Source: Podarcis melisellensis (Eukaryota). Taken from it: 64,000 nt of DNA. The position numbers and the translations under genes were made by a program. Shown here piece after piece: positions 25,283 to 35,421 of the stretch. Numbering within the stretch: the first letter of the stretch is position 1; each line of letters begins with the position of its first letter. The stretch is taken from NCBI GenBank assembly GCA_964234715.1, contig OZ174289.1; one strand, written 5' to 3'. The notes under the pieces were generated by a model. The model saw only the letters and a list, made by a program, of their open reading frames with translations, made no database searches and was not told the origin of the DNA.

Positions 25283-25612
25283 GGGGTATATAGCTCTGTG
25301 GTAGAGCATCTGCTTTGCATGCAGAAGATCTCAGGTTTAATGTTGACATCTCCAGGTTGAACTGGGAATGCCCCTGTCTGACACCTGGAGAGGTGCTGCA
25401 AGCTACAGTAGACTACATGTAGCGTGCCTTTGGCCAGTTGTTACTGAACTACAGCAACCATCAGTCTCAGCAAGCATGGTCATTAGTTAGGAAATAACGG
25501 GAATTGTAGTTCAGCAACACCTGGAAGGACAAAGGTTCCCCATACCTGCTGTAGACAACATTGAGCTAGCTGGACCAGTGGTCTGTCTCAGTATAAGGCA
25601 GCTTCTTGTGTT
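25283..25612 (+). mobile_element. tRNA(Ala)-headed SINE interrupted by a MITE (about 25414-25548); other copies near 7003-7160, 15025-15160, 18635-18715(-), 21530-21700(-), 24230-24370(-), 58462-58620 and 63345-63420
   Basis: Head gtggtagagcatctgctttgcatgcagaag and tail gagctag..ggaccagtggtctg..cagtataaggcagcttc. Duplicated c[a/t]gtagac flanks the inner MITE. Confidence 0.7.
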
Positions 25613-27960
25613 TGACACTAAACTCCCATCAGTACCTGCCAGCATAGCCAATGGTGAGGAATAATGGGGTGCCAGACAAAGCTTTCTGGGAAGGCTGTAC
25701 CATAACCAGGATGCCACTCCCTGGTGTACTCCCTGATGCAGCCTTTCCCAACCTTGGGTCCGCAGATGTTGTTGGACCACAGTTCCCAACATTTCTGCCC
25801 ATCGAGCCACGCTTTCTGGGATAATGGGAGCTTTAGTCCAGCAATATACGGAGACCCAAAGTTGGGAAAGGTGTGGGAGAGGTTGTCTTGGGAAAAGGCA
25901 TCTCAGGGGCATCTTTCAGCCCCTGCAGCTTTGCTTCCTGATACCACACTGCAATAGGCCAGAAGCCAAATAAGCCCAGTGTGGTAGTTGTTTATAAGGG
26001 AGAGATAAATGTTTAGAAATGGACCAACACTTATCAGGCAATGGTGATGTCATTGCCTGCTGAAAAGTAATTAGCTGGCTCTTTATGAGGCTGGTTGCTG
26101 TTGCTCACACCTCTTTGCTTCCTTCCTACTCACACCAGCTAGAAATGCCAAAGGAGTTCTTTAAGCCAGCAGGACAATGTTGTTTCTTTTACAAACATTT
26201 GTACAGTGCTTAGATCATTAAAAAGATGCTGAACTATAAAAACACAGTTTGTTGGTGTCATAAATTGCAGGACAAGGTCTTCAGTGCTCCCATTCCAATC
26301 TGGTTAAAGTAGTAGTCTTCAACTTTTTCAGACCCAGGACCCACCCAACATGCCTTTGAGGACCCACTTCTTATTCTGATTTCTATAGTATACCATAATT
26401 GGAGCAGGGAGGTAGTGCTGCTGTCATTACCCACACCACCTTAGATCAGGCTATGACCCAGTAGTTGAGTTGAAGGACCAGTGAATTAAATAATGCTTAC
26501 AGTAATTCACAAAAGCTACTAGTCTACAATTATTAGCTGGGTGCAACATGTAGCTAGCCCTCTAAGTGTCCCTATTTTCCAGGGACAGTCGCAGATTAAC
26601 ATAAGCCATCCCGGTTTCTGATTTTACTCTGAAATGTCCCGCTTTTATTTAGAAAGTCTCTATTTTCATCAAATAAATGTTGGTGCATATGATAGAATGT
26701 CCCTATTTTCATCAGAAAAATGCTGAAGAGTATGGAGTTATGTGACCCCAAGCCAAGGAGATAAGTAACTATTAATATAGAAACTAGGAGTGGTTGGCTT
26801 TTTTTGCCCAACTCTGCAAGGGACTGAGTCCCCTAAGCCCGGAAACTTATGTCCTCACTGTTGAAAGATGTGTGGATCCAGAATTGACCTCCACAGTCGC
26901 TTACAAACACACTGTTAAGTCAATGTTCATGGAAGACAATCTTACTCACCAAAGAAGAATAAGGTGATCAGCCAGAGATGAATGGATGGAGGCAGGATAG
27001 TGAAAGTAAGGCAGATCTTAATTTTTCTGTTGCAACAGAGTTCCCTCCCCTCCTTGCAAGGAGGTAATAGAGACCCAGAACAAAGTGTGCAGGAACCTTC
27101 ATTATCATTATATATAAATTTTATTAATTTTCCAATAAAAACAAATTTATAACATTATTAAACATCAAAAACTCATCACACATCTTTTTTTCTTTTAGAC
27201 TTCCATCAACATGTCTGATAATTTTCCGTAATTATCACAAATCTTCACATTTCTTAATTTATATTGCACTATATATATCTTATCTTACCATGTTGTTTAA
27301 ACAATATTTCTACCAAATCTTCTTACAGAGCTTCTTGAAAACTTACAAACGTTATATCATTATCACAAATATTTTTAATATATTCTGTAAATTTACTCCA
27401 GTCCTCAGTGAATCTTTGGTCTCGTCGGTTGCGAATCCTCCCTGTCAATCTGTCCAGTTCCGCGTAATCCATTAATTTCGATCTCCATTCTTCAATCGTA
27501 GGCATTTCTTCTTGTTTCCATTTCTGGGCCAAAAGAGTTCTGGCTGCTGTTACTGCATACAGAAATACTTTCTGATTGTTTCTTTTTATTTCACCACCTA
27601 GTATTCCTAATAGAAATGTTTCTGGTTTTTTAACAAATGTATATTTCAGTATTTTCATTATCTCATTATATATCATTTCCCAGAAGCACTTCATTTTTTT
27701 ACATTCCCACCACATATGATAAAATGTCCCTTCTTTCTCCTTACATTTCCAACATTTATTACTCACCTTATACATCTTACTTAATTTAACTGGTGTTATA
27801 TACCATCGATATATCATTTTCATAACATTTTCTTTAATTGTGGTACATGCCGTAAATCTCATCCCTTCCTTCCACAATTTTATCCAATCTTCAAATTGAA
27901 TGTTATATCCAAAGTCTTTGGCCCATTGAATCATAACTGATTTAACCTCTTCCTCCTTCA

Positions 27961-29270
27961 TTTTTTTTAAAATAATATTTATTCAAAGTTACAAAAAAGA
28001 GAAAAGGAAAAAAAGCAATACAAAATACAAAGAAAAATAATACAACAATAACAGAAAAAGAAAAAAAGAGAAAAAGGTATAAAAATACATTCACTTAAAA
28101 TAGAAAAAGAACAGATTAAACCTTTACAAATTTTCTTCCTTTACTTGTTTCCTTGACCTCCTCATACCTCCCAATTTTGTATTCTAGTTCCAATCGTTTT
28201 TTCAGCAAATCCTTCCAACCTTATTTTCATTTAAATAATTTAATTTAATATATTATAATTTAACGTCCTCTCTTTCGTCAATTTCGTCAACTCATTTTTA
28301 TTTAATCCTTTATATCATATCTACCAAAACTACCTAATTTTCTTTTCCCAACATCTTTCTAACAGTCCTTAACTTTACAATATTTTTGAAGATATACTTT
28401 AAATTTTTTTCCAATCTTCTTCCACCGACTCTTCCCCTTGGTCCCGGATTCTGCCAGTCATCTCAGCCAATTCCATATAGTGCATCACTTTCGTCTGCCA
28501 TTCTTCTCGGGTGGGTAATTCTTGTGTCTTCCAATACTTTCCAATGAGTATTCTCGCTGCTGTGGTGGCGTACATAAAAATGGTTCTATCCTCCCTTCGC
28601 ACCAATTGGCCGACCATGCCCAGGAGAAAGGCCTCTGGTTTCTTCTGGAAGGTATATTTAAATACCTTTTTCATTTCATTATAAATCATCTCCCAGAAAG
28701 CCTTAATCCTTGGGCATGTCCACCAAAGGTGAAAGAATGTGCCCTCAGTCTCTTTACATTTCCAACATTTATTATCGGGCAGATGATAAATTTTAGCCAG
28801 CTTGACTGGGGTTAAGTACCACCTGTAAATCATTTTCATTATATTCTCTCTTAAGGCATTACAAGCCGTAAACTTAATACCTGTGGTCCATAACTTTCCC
28901 CAGTCAGCCATCATAATGTTGTGTCCAAAATCTTGTGCCCATTTAATCATAACAGATTTAACCGTTTCATCTTGTGTATTCCATTTCAACAGCAAATTAT
29001 ACATTCTTGATAAATTCTTGATTTTAGGATCTAACAATTCTGTTTCCAATTTTGATTTTTCCACCTGAAAACCAATTTTCTTATCTAAATTATAAACCTC
29101 CCTTATTTGATAGTAGTGAAGCCAGTCTCTTACTTTAGTTTTTAAACTGTCAAAGCTCTGCAGCTTTAATCTATCTCCATCTTGTTCCAAAATTTCCCAA
29201 TATTTTGGCCAATTTGTCTCCATATTAATGTTTTTCAGAGCCTTGGCCTCCACTGGTGACAGCCACCTTG
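27961..29270 (-). mobile_element. L1-clade LINE (inner copy, 5'-truncated) inserted into another L1
   Basis: Open 284-aa ORF2 C-terminus with CWKC..H..W.C knuckle, 3'UTR and poly(T) at 27961-27968. TSD ttc[c/a]tccttca at 27950-27960 and 29271-29281. Confidence 0.88.
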
Positions 29271-30265
29271 TTCATCCTTCAAATGCCATTCCAATAATAA
29301 TTTATACAGCATAGATAAATTTTTAACTTAATTATTCAATACTTCTTGTTGAAACCTAGATTATTTTTCAAAATAGCCTCTTTCTGCAACCTCTTTTAGA
29401 ACATTTCATTAATCTGAAAGTAATGCAGCCAATCGTTTACATATTCTTTCACTTCTTCATATGGTTTCATTTTCCACTTACTTCCCTCTTTCTCAATTAA
29501 ACTCCCATATGTTATCCACCTCCCAGTCATATTGATCTTTTTAACACTCATCACCTCTAATGGTGATAACCAGTGTGGTATTTTTGGTTCAAGTAGGTTT
29601 TTGTACCTACCCCATACCTCAATCAGAGATCCTCTAATAATATGATTTTCAAAACCTTTATGCACATGTTTTTTTTTCATACCATAAATATGCGTACCAA
29701 CCGAATCTATTATCATAACCTTCCAGATCTAACAAATCTGTATTTGCTAATTTCATCCATTCTTTCAACCAACATATGCACGATGCTTCATGATATAATC
29801 TCATATCTGGCAGGGTGAAGCCTCCCCTCTCTTTTAAATCTGTTAACAACTTAAATTTTATTCTCGGCTTTTTGCCCTGCCAGATATATCTTGAAATCAC
29901 TTTTTGCCACTCTTTAAATATTGCAACTCCTTTAATTATTGGAATTGCTTGGAACAAAAACAGCATTTTCGGTAAAACACTCATCTTTATCGTTGCAATT
30001 CTTCCCCAAAATGATAATTTCATTCTACCCCACACCTCTAAGTCTCGTTTAACTTTATTCCATACTGGTACATAATTATTTTGAAACATGTAAATATTTC
30101 TGGGAGTCAATACAATCCCTAAATATTTCACTTTCTTTACCACCTCAATCTCAGTCTGTTGCTATATTCTTTCACTAGTTTCTTGGTCTATGTTTCTCAC
30201 CATTATTTTGGTTTTTTTCTTATTCAATTTAAAACCTGCCACCTGTCCAAATTCTTCTATTTCTT

Positions 30266-30279
30266 AAAAAAAAGAAAAA

Positions 30280-30335
<56 letters not shown>

Positions 30336-30337
30336 AA
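30266..30337 (+). repeat. Poly(A)/(GAAA)n microsatellite
   Basis: Direct reading of the sequence. Confidence 0.95.
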
Positions 30338-31266
30338 TAGCGTGCAGGAACCTTTAAAGGCTTTTGAAATTGCCAACCCCTTAGCCCAAGACCACCCTTA
30401 AATAAGGTTATCAGACGTCCCCGTTTCCCAGGACAGTCCTCGGATTTACAAATCAGTCCCCATACAAAATCCATTGGGAAAAAATCTGGTAACTTTACCC
30501 TAATTTCAGAAGGGAGGGGCTGAATTGCAGGAAGTTTTGTTAATGGGATTTGCAAGTGAAAATACAACTGGAAAGTTTTCCCCATTTCCTCCTATTGCAG
30601 AGGAACATTTGAGGTCACTTTGGGAGAGTCAAAATGGCTTCAGGATTGCTCTCCTGTACTATTTCAAACAAGTGGTTTATATACTTAGGTGTGTGTGGTT
30701 ACCTTGTGCATTTATGACCACTTATTCTATATTTGATACCTTAGAATTCTGATAAAGCTATACAACCTTTAGAAGACATCTGAAGGCAGCATTGTATAGG
30801 AATGTTTTTTAAAAAAATGTTTAATGTATTACAGTATTGTATTTTTATATATGTTGAAAGCCACCCAGAGTGGCTGGGGCAACCCAGTCAGAAGGTGGGG
30901 TATAAATAATAAAATTATTCTTATTATTCTTACTATGGAATAGGACGTCCCTATTTTAATGGGAGAAATGTTGGAGGGTATGCATGTAGTTGAATTGACT
31001 GGAAACTATTATTACTATGCTATTATTACTGTTACTATTACTAATTTCTTACCCACCCTCCTGCCACATACGGTCCTGTGACGGGTTGTAAGAAATTAAC
31101 AATACAGTACTGTATTAAGACAGTTTCCAGCTGGACGAGTATGTGTCCATTTTTGTATTGTTTTTAAACTCTTTTGTTTTGTTTGTGCTATAGTAACTGT
31201 TTCTACTTCTTTTATATTTTGTACATTGCTTTGGAACGTATGTGGAAGGCAACTAATAACAAAACC

Positions 31267-31358
31267 CATAGCTGTCAACGTTTCCCTTTTTTTTAAAGGA
31301 AAATCCCCTTATTCCGAATAGGATTCCTCCCAAGAAAAGGGAAAAGTTGACAGCTATG
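31267..31358. mobile_element. About 90-bp hAT-type MITE, copy 1
   Basis: 13-bp TIR CATAGCTGTCAAC / GTTGACAGCTATG. 8-bp TSD aca[a/t]aacc. Confidence 0.8.
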
Positions 31359-31769
31359 ACATAACCTACCCTGATTCTCCACTGTTTTTTAAACTCTATG
31401 CAAAGCAGACGCTCTTTTCCAGGGCCTTTCCCTGAGGGGCCGCCTCACTCACTAGGAAAGATGCCCCTTGTACAATTTACACACGAGGAGCACAGCCACC
31501 AGTGTCCGCCGATACCCACATTTTTAAACACCTTGGGTTTGAACACGTGGGAATTCAAACCTTCTGCATCTTAAAAAGGGTTTATGAAATTTAAAAGCAT
31601 TAAAACATGTTTATTGCATTGACATTTAGTTTGGATATATGCATATTATTTATTAATCAAAACGCAGACAATTGGAATCGAAGCCCCGCGCTCCAGAGTA
31701 ATCCGATCCCCCCAGTGGAACCTCCCATTACGAAGGACAGAAGAATTTTCACCACAGGGATGTGAAAGG

Positions 31770-32069
31770 CTAGAGCGACACCGCTTGGCACCACCAACGC
31801 CAATGGGCGGGTTTTCAAATTTCAGAACGGCGATGTCAAGAATTCGTTCTACACTGTTTCTGTCTCTATGGTTCCATTGCGTTATAGAGCCTCTAGAAGG
31901 CGGTTTGGGACAGCATGGCCGAGATAGACGGAGCATTGGGACTGGTTATCTTGTCAGGAGGCGCGACCTATCAGGGACAGCAGGAGGCGGGACTACGCGT
32001 GCGCGGCCGGCCGAGCTTGTGCAAGGTGTTTTTTTTTCTTGTTGCGCGCAAGAGACGAGAAGAACCCCC
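31770..32069 (+). promoter_or_regulatory. CpG-rich promoter / 5'UTR of RBMX2
   Basis: CpG-rich, with adjacent CCAAT and GC box (gccaatgggcggg at about 31799-31811), directly upstream of ATG 32070. Confidence 0.65.
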
Positions 32070-32074
32070 ATGAA
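32070..32074 (+). CDS. RBMX2: RBMX2 coding exon 1 (ATGAA only)
   Basis: ATGAA|gtaagt consensus donor. Joins exon 2 to give MNPLTKVKLINELNERE. Confidence 0.85.
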
Positions 32075-32287
32075 GTAAGTGAGCCGGCAGGGTAGGGAGG
32101 TTTTGGTTTGGTATGGCGTGTGGAGGTTTGGGAGAGCGAGGGGGCTTCTCTTGAATCAGCGCTCGGCCTTATAGATCGTATTTCCGAGAGCCGAGATCCA
32201 GCCTGAAACGTGTGACGCCCTGACACGGAAGAATAGCACGTCTGAATTTGCGCAAGATCGCCACGCATTCCTCTCGGGTCCTTAAAT

Positions 32288-32376
32288 AATAGCTGTCAAC
32301 GTTCCCTTTTTAAAAGGGGAATTCCCTTATTCCAAATAGGATTCCTCGCAAGAAAAGGAAAAAGTTGACAGCTATG
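32288..32376. mobile_element. About 90-bp hAT-type MITE, copy 2 (RBMX2 intron 1)
   Basis: Same TIR and interior as copy 1. Perfect 8-bp TSD ccttaaat at 32280-32287 and 32377-32384. Confidence 0.82.
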
Positions 32377-32629
32377 CCTTAAATATGCCTCAGTATAGTG
32401 TGGGGCTAGGACGAGATCGGCGACATGCAAGTCTCTTTATTCTGCCATGAGCCTCGCCGGGTGATATTTGGCTAATTACCTCTCTCTTCCTCACGGGGAC
32501 GGTGTTTTTTAAGTTGCGGAAGGACCATGTACGCTGGCGCGAATTGCTGGGACACCCTGCAGGCTGGTGAGAATGCAGGTGAAGTCTGTCCTGAACTCAC
32601 ACGGCTTTTGTTTCTCTCTCTTTCTCTAG

Positions 32630-32745
32630 TCCACTAACCAAAGTGAAGCTTATCAACGAGCTGAATGAGCGCGAGGCACAGCTTGGTGTACAAGAGAAGG
32701 TCTCCTGGCATGCTGAGTACAGCGACAGTGCCTGGGTGTTTGTGG
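32630..32745 (+). CDS. RBMX2: RBMX2 coding exon 2
   Basis: tttctctag|T ... G|gtgggt. Encodes PLTKVKLINELNEREAQLGVQEKVSWHAEYSDSAWVFV. Confidence 0.92.
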
Positions 32746-32859
32746 GTGGGTGTCAAGCACAGAAGCAGCCTCCGAGGCCCAATCCCTGAAAGTATAGCAG
32801 TTTGTGCGACTTTTGTTTGGAACTGTACTTATTTCCTCCTCCGCTTTTTTTGCTTCTAG

Positions 32860-32911
32860 GTGGTCTTCCCTATGAGCTAACAGAAGGCGACATTATTTGT
32901 GTGTTTTCACA
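32860..32911 (+). CDS. RBMX2: RBMX2 coding exon 3
   Basis: cttctag|GT ... CA|gtaagt. Encodes GGLPYELTEGDIICVFS (RRM RNP2 region). Confidence 0.92.
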
Positions 32912-33333
32912 GTAAGTGAAAAATTGAGATCTAGCTTTTATTTTACATAAAAAACATGAATGAATGAAATACATAAACATATACCGTATTTTTCGCACCA
33001 TAGGACGCACCGGACAATAGGACGCACCTTGTTTTAGAGGGGGGAGAACAAGGAAAAAAAATTCTTCTGCTCTCTGCCCAGCGCCCCTTCAGCGAAGCGG
33101 CAGGAAGCACTGCGCAGAGAGTGGGAGAATTTTCCCCCTTTTGTTATCCCGCTCTAAAACAAGGTGCCATTTAAGGTGCATTCAGGCGACTACCTTGGAA
33201 GCCTGGAGAGCGAGAGGGGTCGGTGCGCACCGACCCTTCTCACTCTCCAGGCTTCAGGTTCCTTTCGACCTGCTCTTTGGGGCTGGCGGGGGAAGCCCAC
33301 CACCAGCCCCAAAGAGCAGGTCAGGGAGCAGCG

Positions 33334-33852
33334 GCCATAGGCGCGCATCACCTCTCCAGCCGGGAGAGGGTCGCGGGGGGCTGCTTTAGCCCCGTGCGTG
33401 CTCTCCCGGCTGGAGAGGTGACGCGCGCCTATGGAGGCTCCTGCCATAGGCGCGCGTCACCTCTCCAGCCGGGAGAGGGTCGCGGGGGGCTGCTTTAGCC
33501 CCGTGCGTGCTCTCCCGGCTGGAGAGGTGACGCGCGCCTATGGAGGCTCCTGCCATAGGCGCGCGTCACCTCTCCAGCTGGGAGAGGGTCGCGGGGGGCT
33601 GCTTTAGCCCCGTGCGTGCTCTCCCGGCTGGAGAGGTGACGCGCGCCTATGGAGGCTCCTGCCATAGGCGTGCGTCACTTCTCCAGCCGGGACGGCGTGC
33701 GCGGGGCTAAAGCAGCCCCCCGCGACCCTCTCCCAGCTGGAGAGGTGACGCGCGCCTATGGCAGGAGCCTCCATAGGCGCGTGTCACCACTCCAGCTGGG
33801 AGAGCGCGCGCGGGGCTAAAGCAGCCCCCCGCGACCGTCTCCCGGCTGGAGA
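33334..33852. repeat. 109-bp palindromic minisatellite: 3+ direct units followed by inverted units
   Basis: Unit starts at 33334, 33443, 33552 and 33661. Orientation flips near 33690. Confidence 0.92.
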
Positions 33853-33994
33853 CGCGGGGCTGGGGTGGGGGAAGCCCGAGCTTCCCCCTCCCCCAGAACG
33901 GGACCCAGAGCCATGCCGAAGCTGCGCGCAGCTTCGGCATCGCTCTGGGAGCTTGCGGGGCTGGGGGAGGAGGAAGCCCTCCGCCAGCCTCCAA

Positions 33995-34500
33995 ACCATG
34001 TCGGGAAACAGCGGGAGGGCGCGCTGCGCCTCTCCCGCTGTCTCCCGAGTTTGCAGGGCTGGCGATGGGGAGGAGCAGGCTCCCCCCCCCAGCCTTCTAG
34101 CCAAGTCGGGGGACAGCGGGAAGGGCGCGCTACGCCTCTCCCGCTGTCTCCCGAGTTTGCGGGGCTGGCGATGGGGAGGAGCAGGCTTCTCCCCCCCGCC
34201 AGCCTTCTAGCCAAGTCGGGAGACAGCGGGAACGGCGCGCTGCGCCTCTCCCGCTGTCTCCCGAGTTTGCGGAGCTGGCGACGGGGAGGAGCAGGCTTCT
34301 CCCCCCCGCCAGCCTTCTAGCCAAGTCGGGAGACAGCGGGAACGGCGCGCTGCGCCTCTCCCGCTGTCTCCCGAGTTTGCGGAGCTGGCGACGGGGAGGA
34401 GCAGGCTTCTCCCCCCGCCAGCCTTCTAACCAAGTCGGGGGACAGCGGGATGGCGGCGTTCCGCCTCCCCGCTGTCCCCCGAGCTTGTGGGGTTAGCGGT
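33995..34500 (+). repeat. About 110-bp GC-rich minisatellite (about 4.5 units)
   Basis: ccaagtcggg unit starts at 34101, 34211, 34321 and 34430. Confidence 0.92.
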
Positions 34501-35190
34501 GGGGCTCTCCAGCTTCAGCGAAAGCCTGCATTCGCACCATAGGACGCACACACATTTCCCCTTCATTTTTGGAGGGGAAAAAGTGCGTCCTATGGTGCGA
34601 AAAATACGGTAATCCTTTTTTGTATTTAAATTTTTATTAGTTATCCAAATTTTAACAAATCAATCCTAATTGTTTAAACATTTTAAAAAAATAATTAGGT
34701 TTCCTGCTCCTGTGCAAACATATGTCCAATTCCTCCAGTTGTTGCCTTCTTCATTCTTCTTATTTAATCATCTTCTCACCCTTCTATTCATTTTAATTCA
34801 TTTACATAGCTAGCCGCTCTTGTTGCCTTACAATCAGCTCCTCTGTTATTTCCCAAACACATAAATGTCCGTGAGCAGCCTTTCAGGCACTCTTCTCAGG
34901 TCTGGTGTGAAGAGAGATTAACTGCCATCATTTATTGTCCATTCAACATTCCATTTCTTTGAGAACTCCTTTGAAGGCATCCCTTTTGACTTCCCTCCCC
35001 CACATTGTGGATATTAATGAAATGATTTTCCCCACTCTGTATCTCTATCACAACTATTTTTATAAATCCTTTGTCAATCCATAGTTCAAATTTTTACTAC
35101 AGATTTTCTGTCAATCCTAACAATGTATGTAATTAAAAAAAAAAAAAATTCCTTCCAGTAGCACCTTAAAGACCAACTAAGTTAGTTCTT

Positions 35191-35230
35191 GGTATGAGCT
35201 TTCGTGTGCATGCACACTTCTTCAGATACC
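35191..35230 (-). ncRNA. Minimal type-I hammerhead ribozyme, copy A
   Basis: Minus strand reads GGUAU-CUGAAGA-A-GUGUGCAUGCACAC-GAAA-GC-UC-AUACC: 5-bp stem I, CUGANGA core, palindromic stem II, GAAA, minimal palindromic stem III (AGCU) and UC cleavage site. Confidence 0.8.
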
Positions 35231-35381
35231 TGGTGAGGTTGATGGACTTCCATTTCATGCGGCTCAATGTGGTGCCTTCCATAGTTCCAGTTACAGATAG
35301 GTAGCCGTGTTGGTCTGCCATAGTCAAAACAAAAAAAAATTCCTTCCAGTAGCACCTTAAAGACCAACTAAGTTAGTTCTT

Positions 35382-35421
35382 GGTATGAGCTTTCATGTGC
35401 ATGCACACTTCTTCAGATACC
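35382..35421 (-). ncRNA. Minimal type-I hammerhead ribozyme, copy B
   Basis: Same as copy A except one C>U change that turns the basal pair of stem II into G-U. Confidence 0.75.

Larger units (their letters stand above)
27100..30338 (-). mobile_element. L1-clade LINE (outer copy, split by a younger L1) with a (GAAA)n tract at its 5' junction
   Basis: ORF2 pieces at 29658-30143, 29396-29716 and 27323-27960 are colinear. TSD gtgcaggaacctt at 27087-27099 and 30342-30354. Confidence 0.85.
26555..30982. mobile_element. hAT-type non-autonomous element, outer host of a nested TE stack
   Basis: Ends tagccctctaagtgtccc / aaatgttggagggtatg with repeated gtccctattt subterminal motifs. 8-bp TSD catgtag[c/t] at 26547-26554 and 30983-30990. 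Confidence 0.6.
32984..34609. mobile_element. Non-autonomous Tc1/mariner (pogo-like) element carrying GC-rich hairpin minisatellites
   Basis: Perfect 27-bp TIR CCGTATTTTTCGCACCATAGGACGCAC at 32984-33010 and 34583-34609, with TA on both sides. Confidence 0.88.

Noticed and set aside
25283-25350. tRNA-Ala-like sequence (and the Lys-, Ile- and Sauria-type heads elsewhere)
   Set aside because: Acceptor and T arms are degenerate and each continues into a SINE body and tail, so these are not functional tRNA genes.
33141-34324. Cluster of overlapping R/G/P/A-rich ORFs; also considered as a CRISPR-like array
   Set aside because: The ORFs arise from stop-poor GC-rich minisatellites. The units are identical along their length with no unique spacers, and the DNA is eukaryotic.
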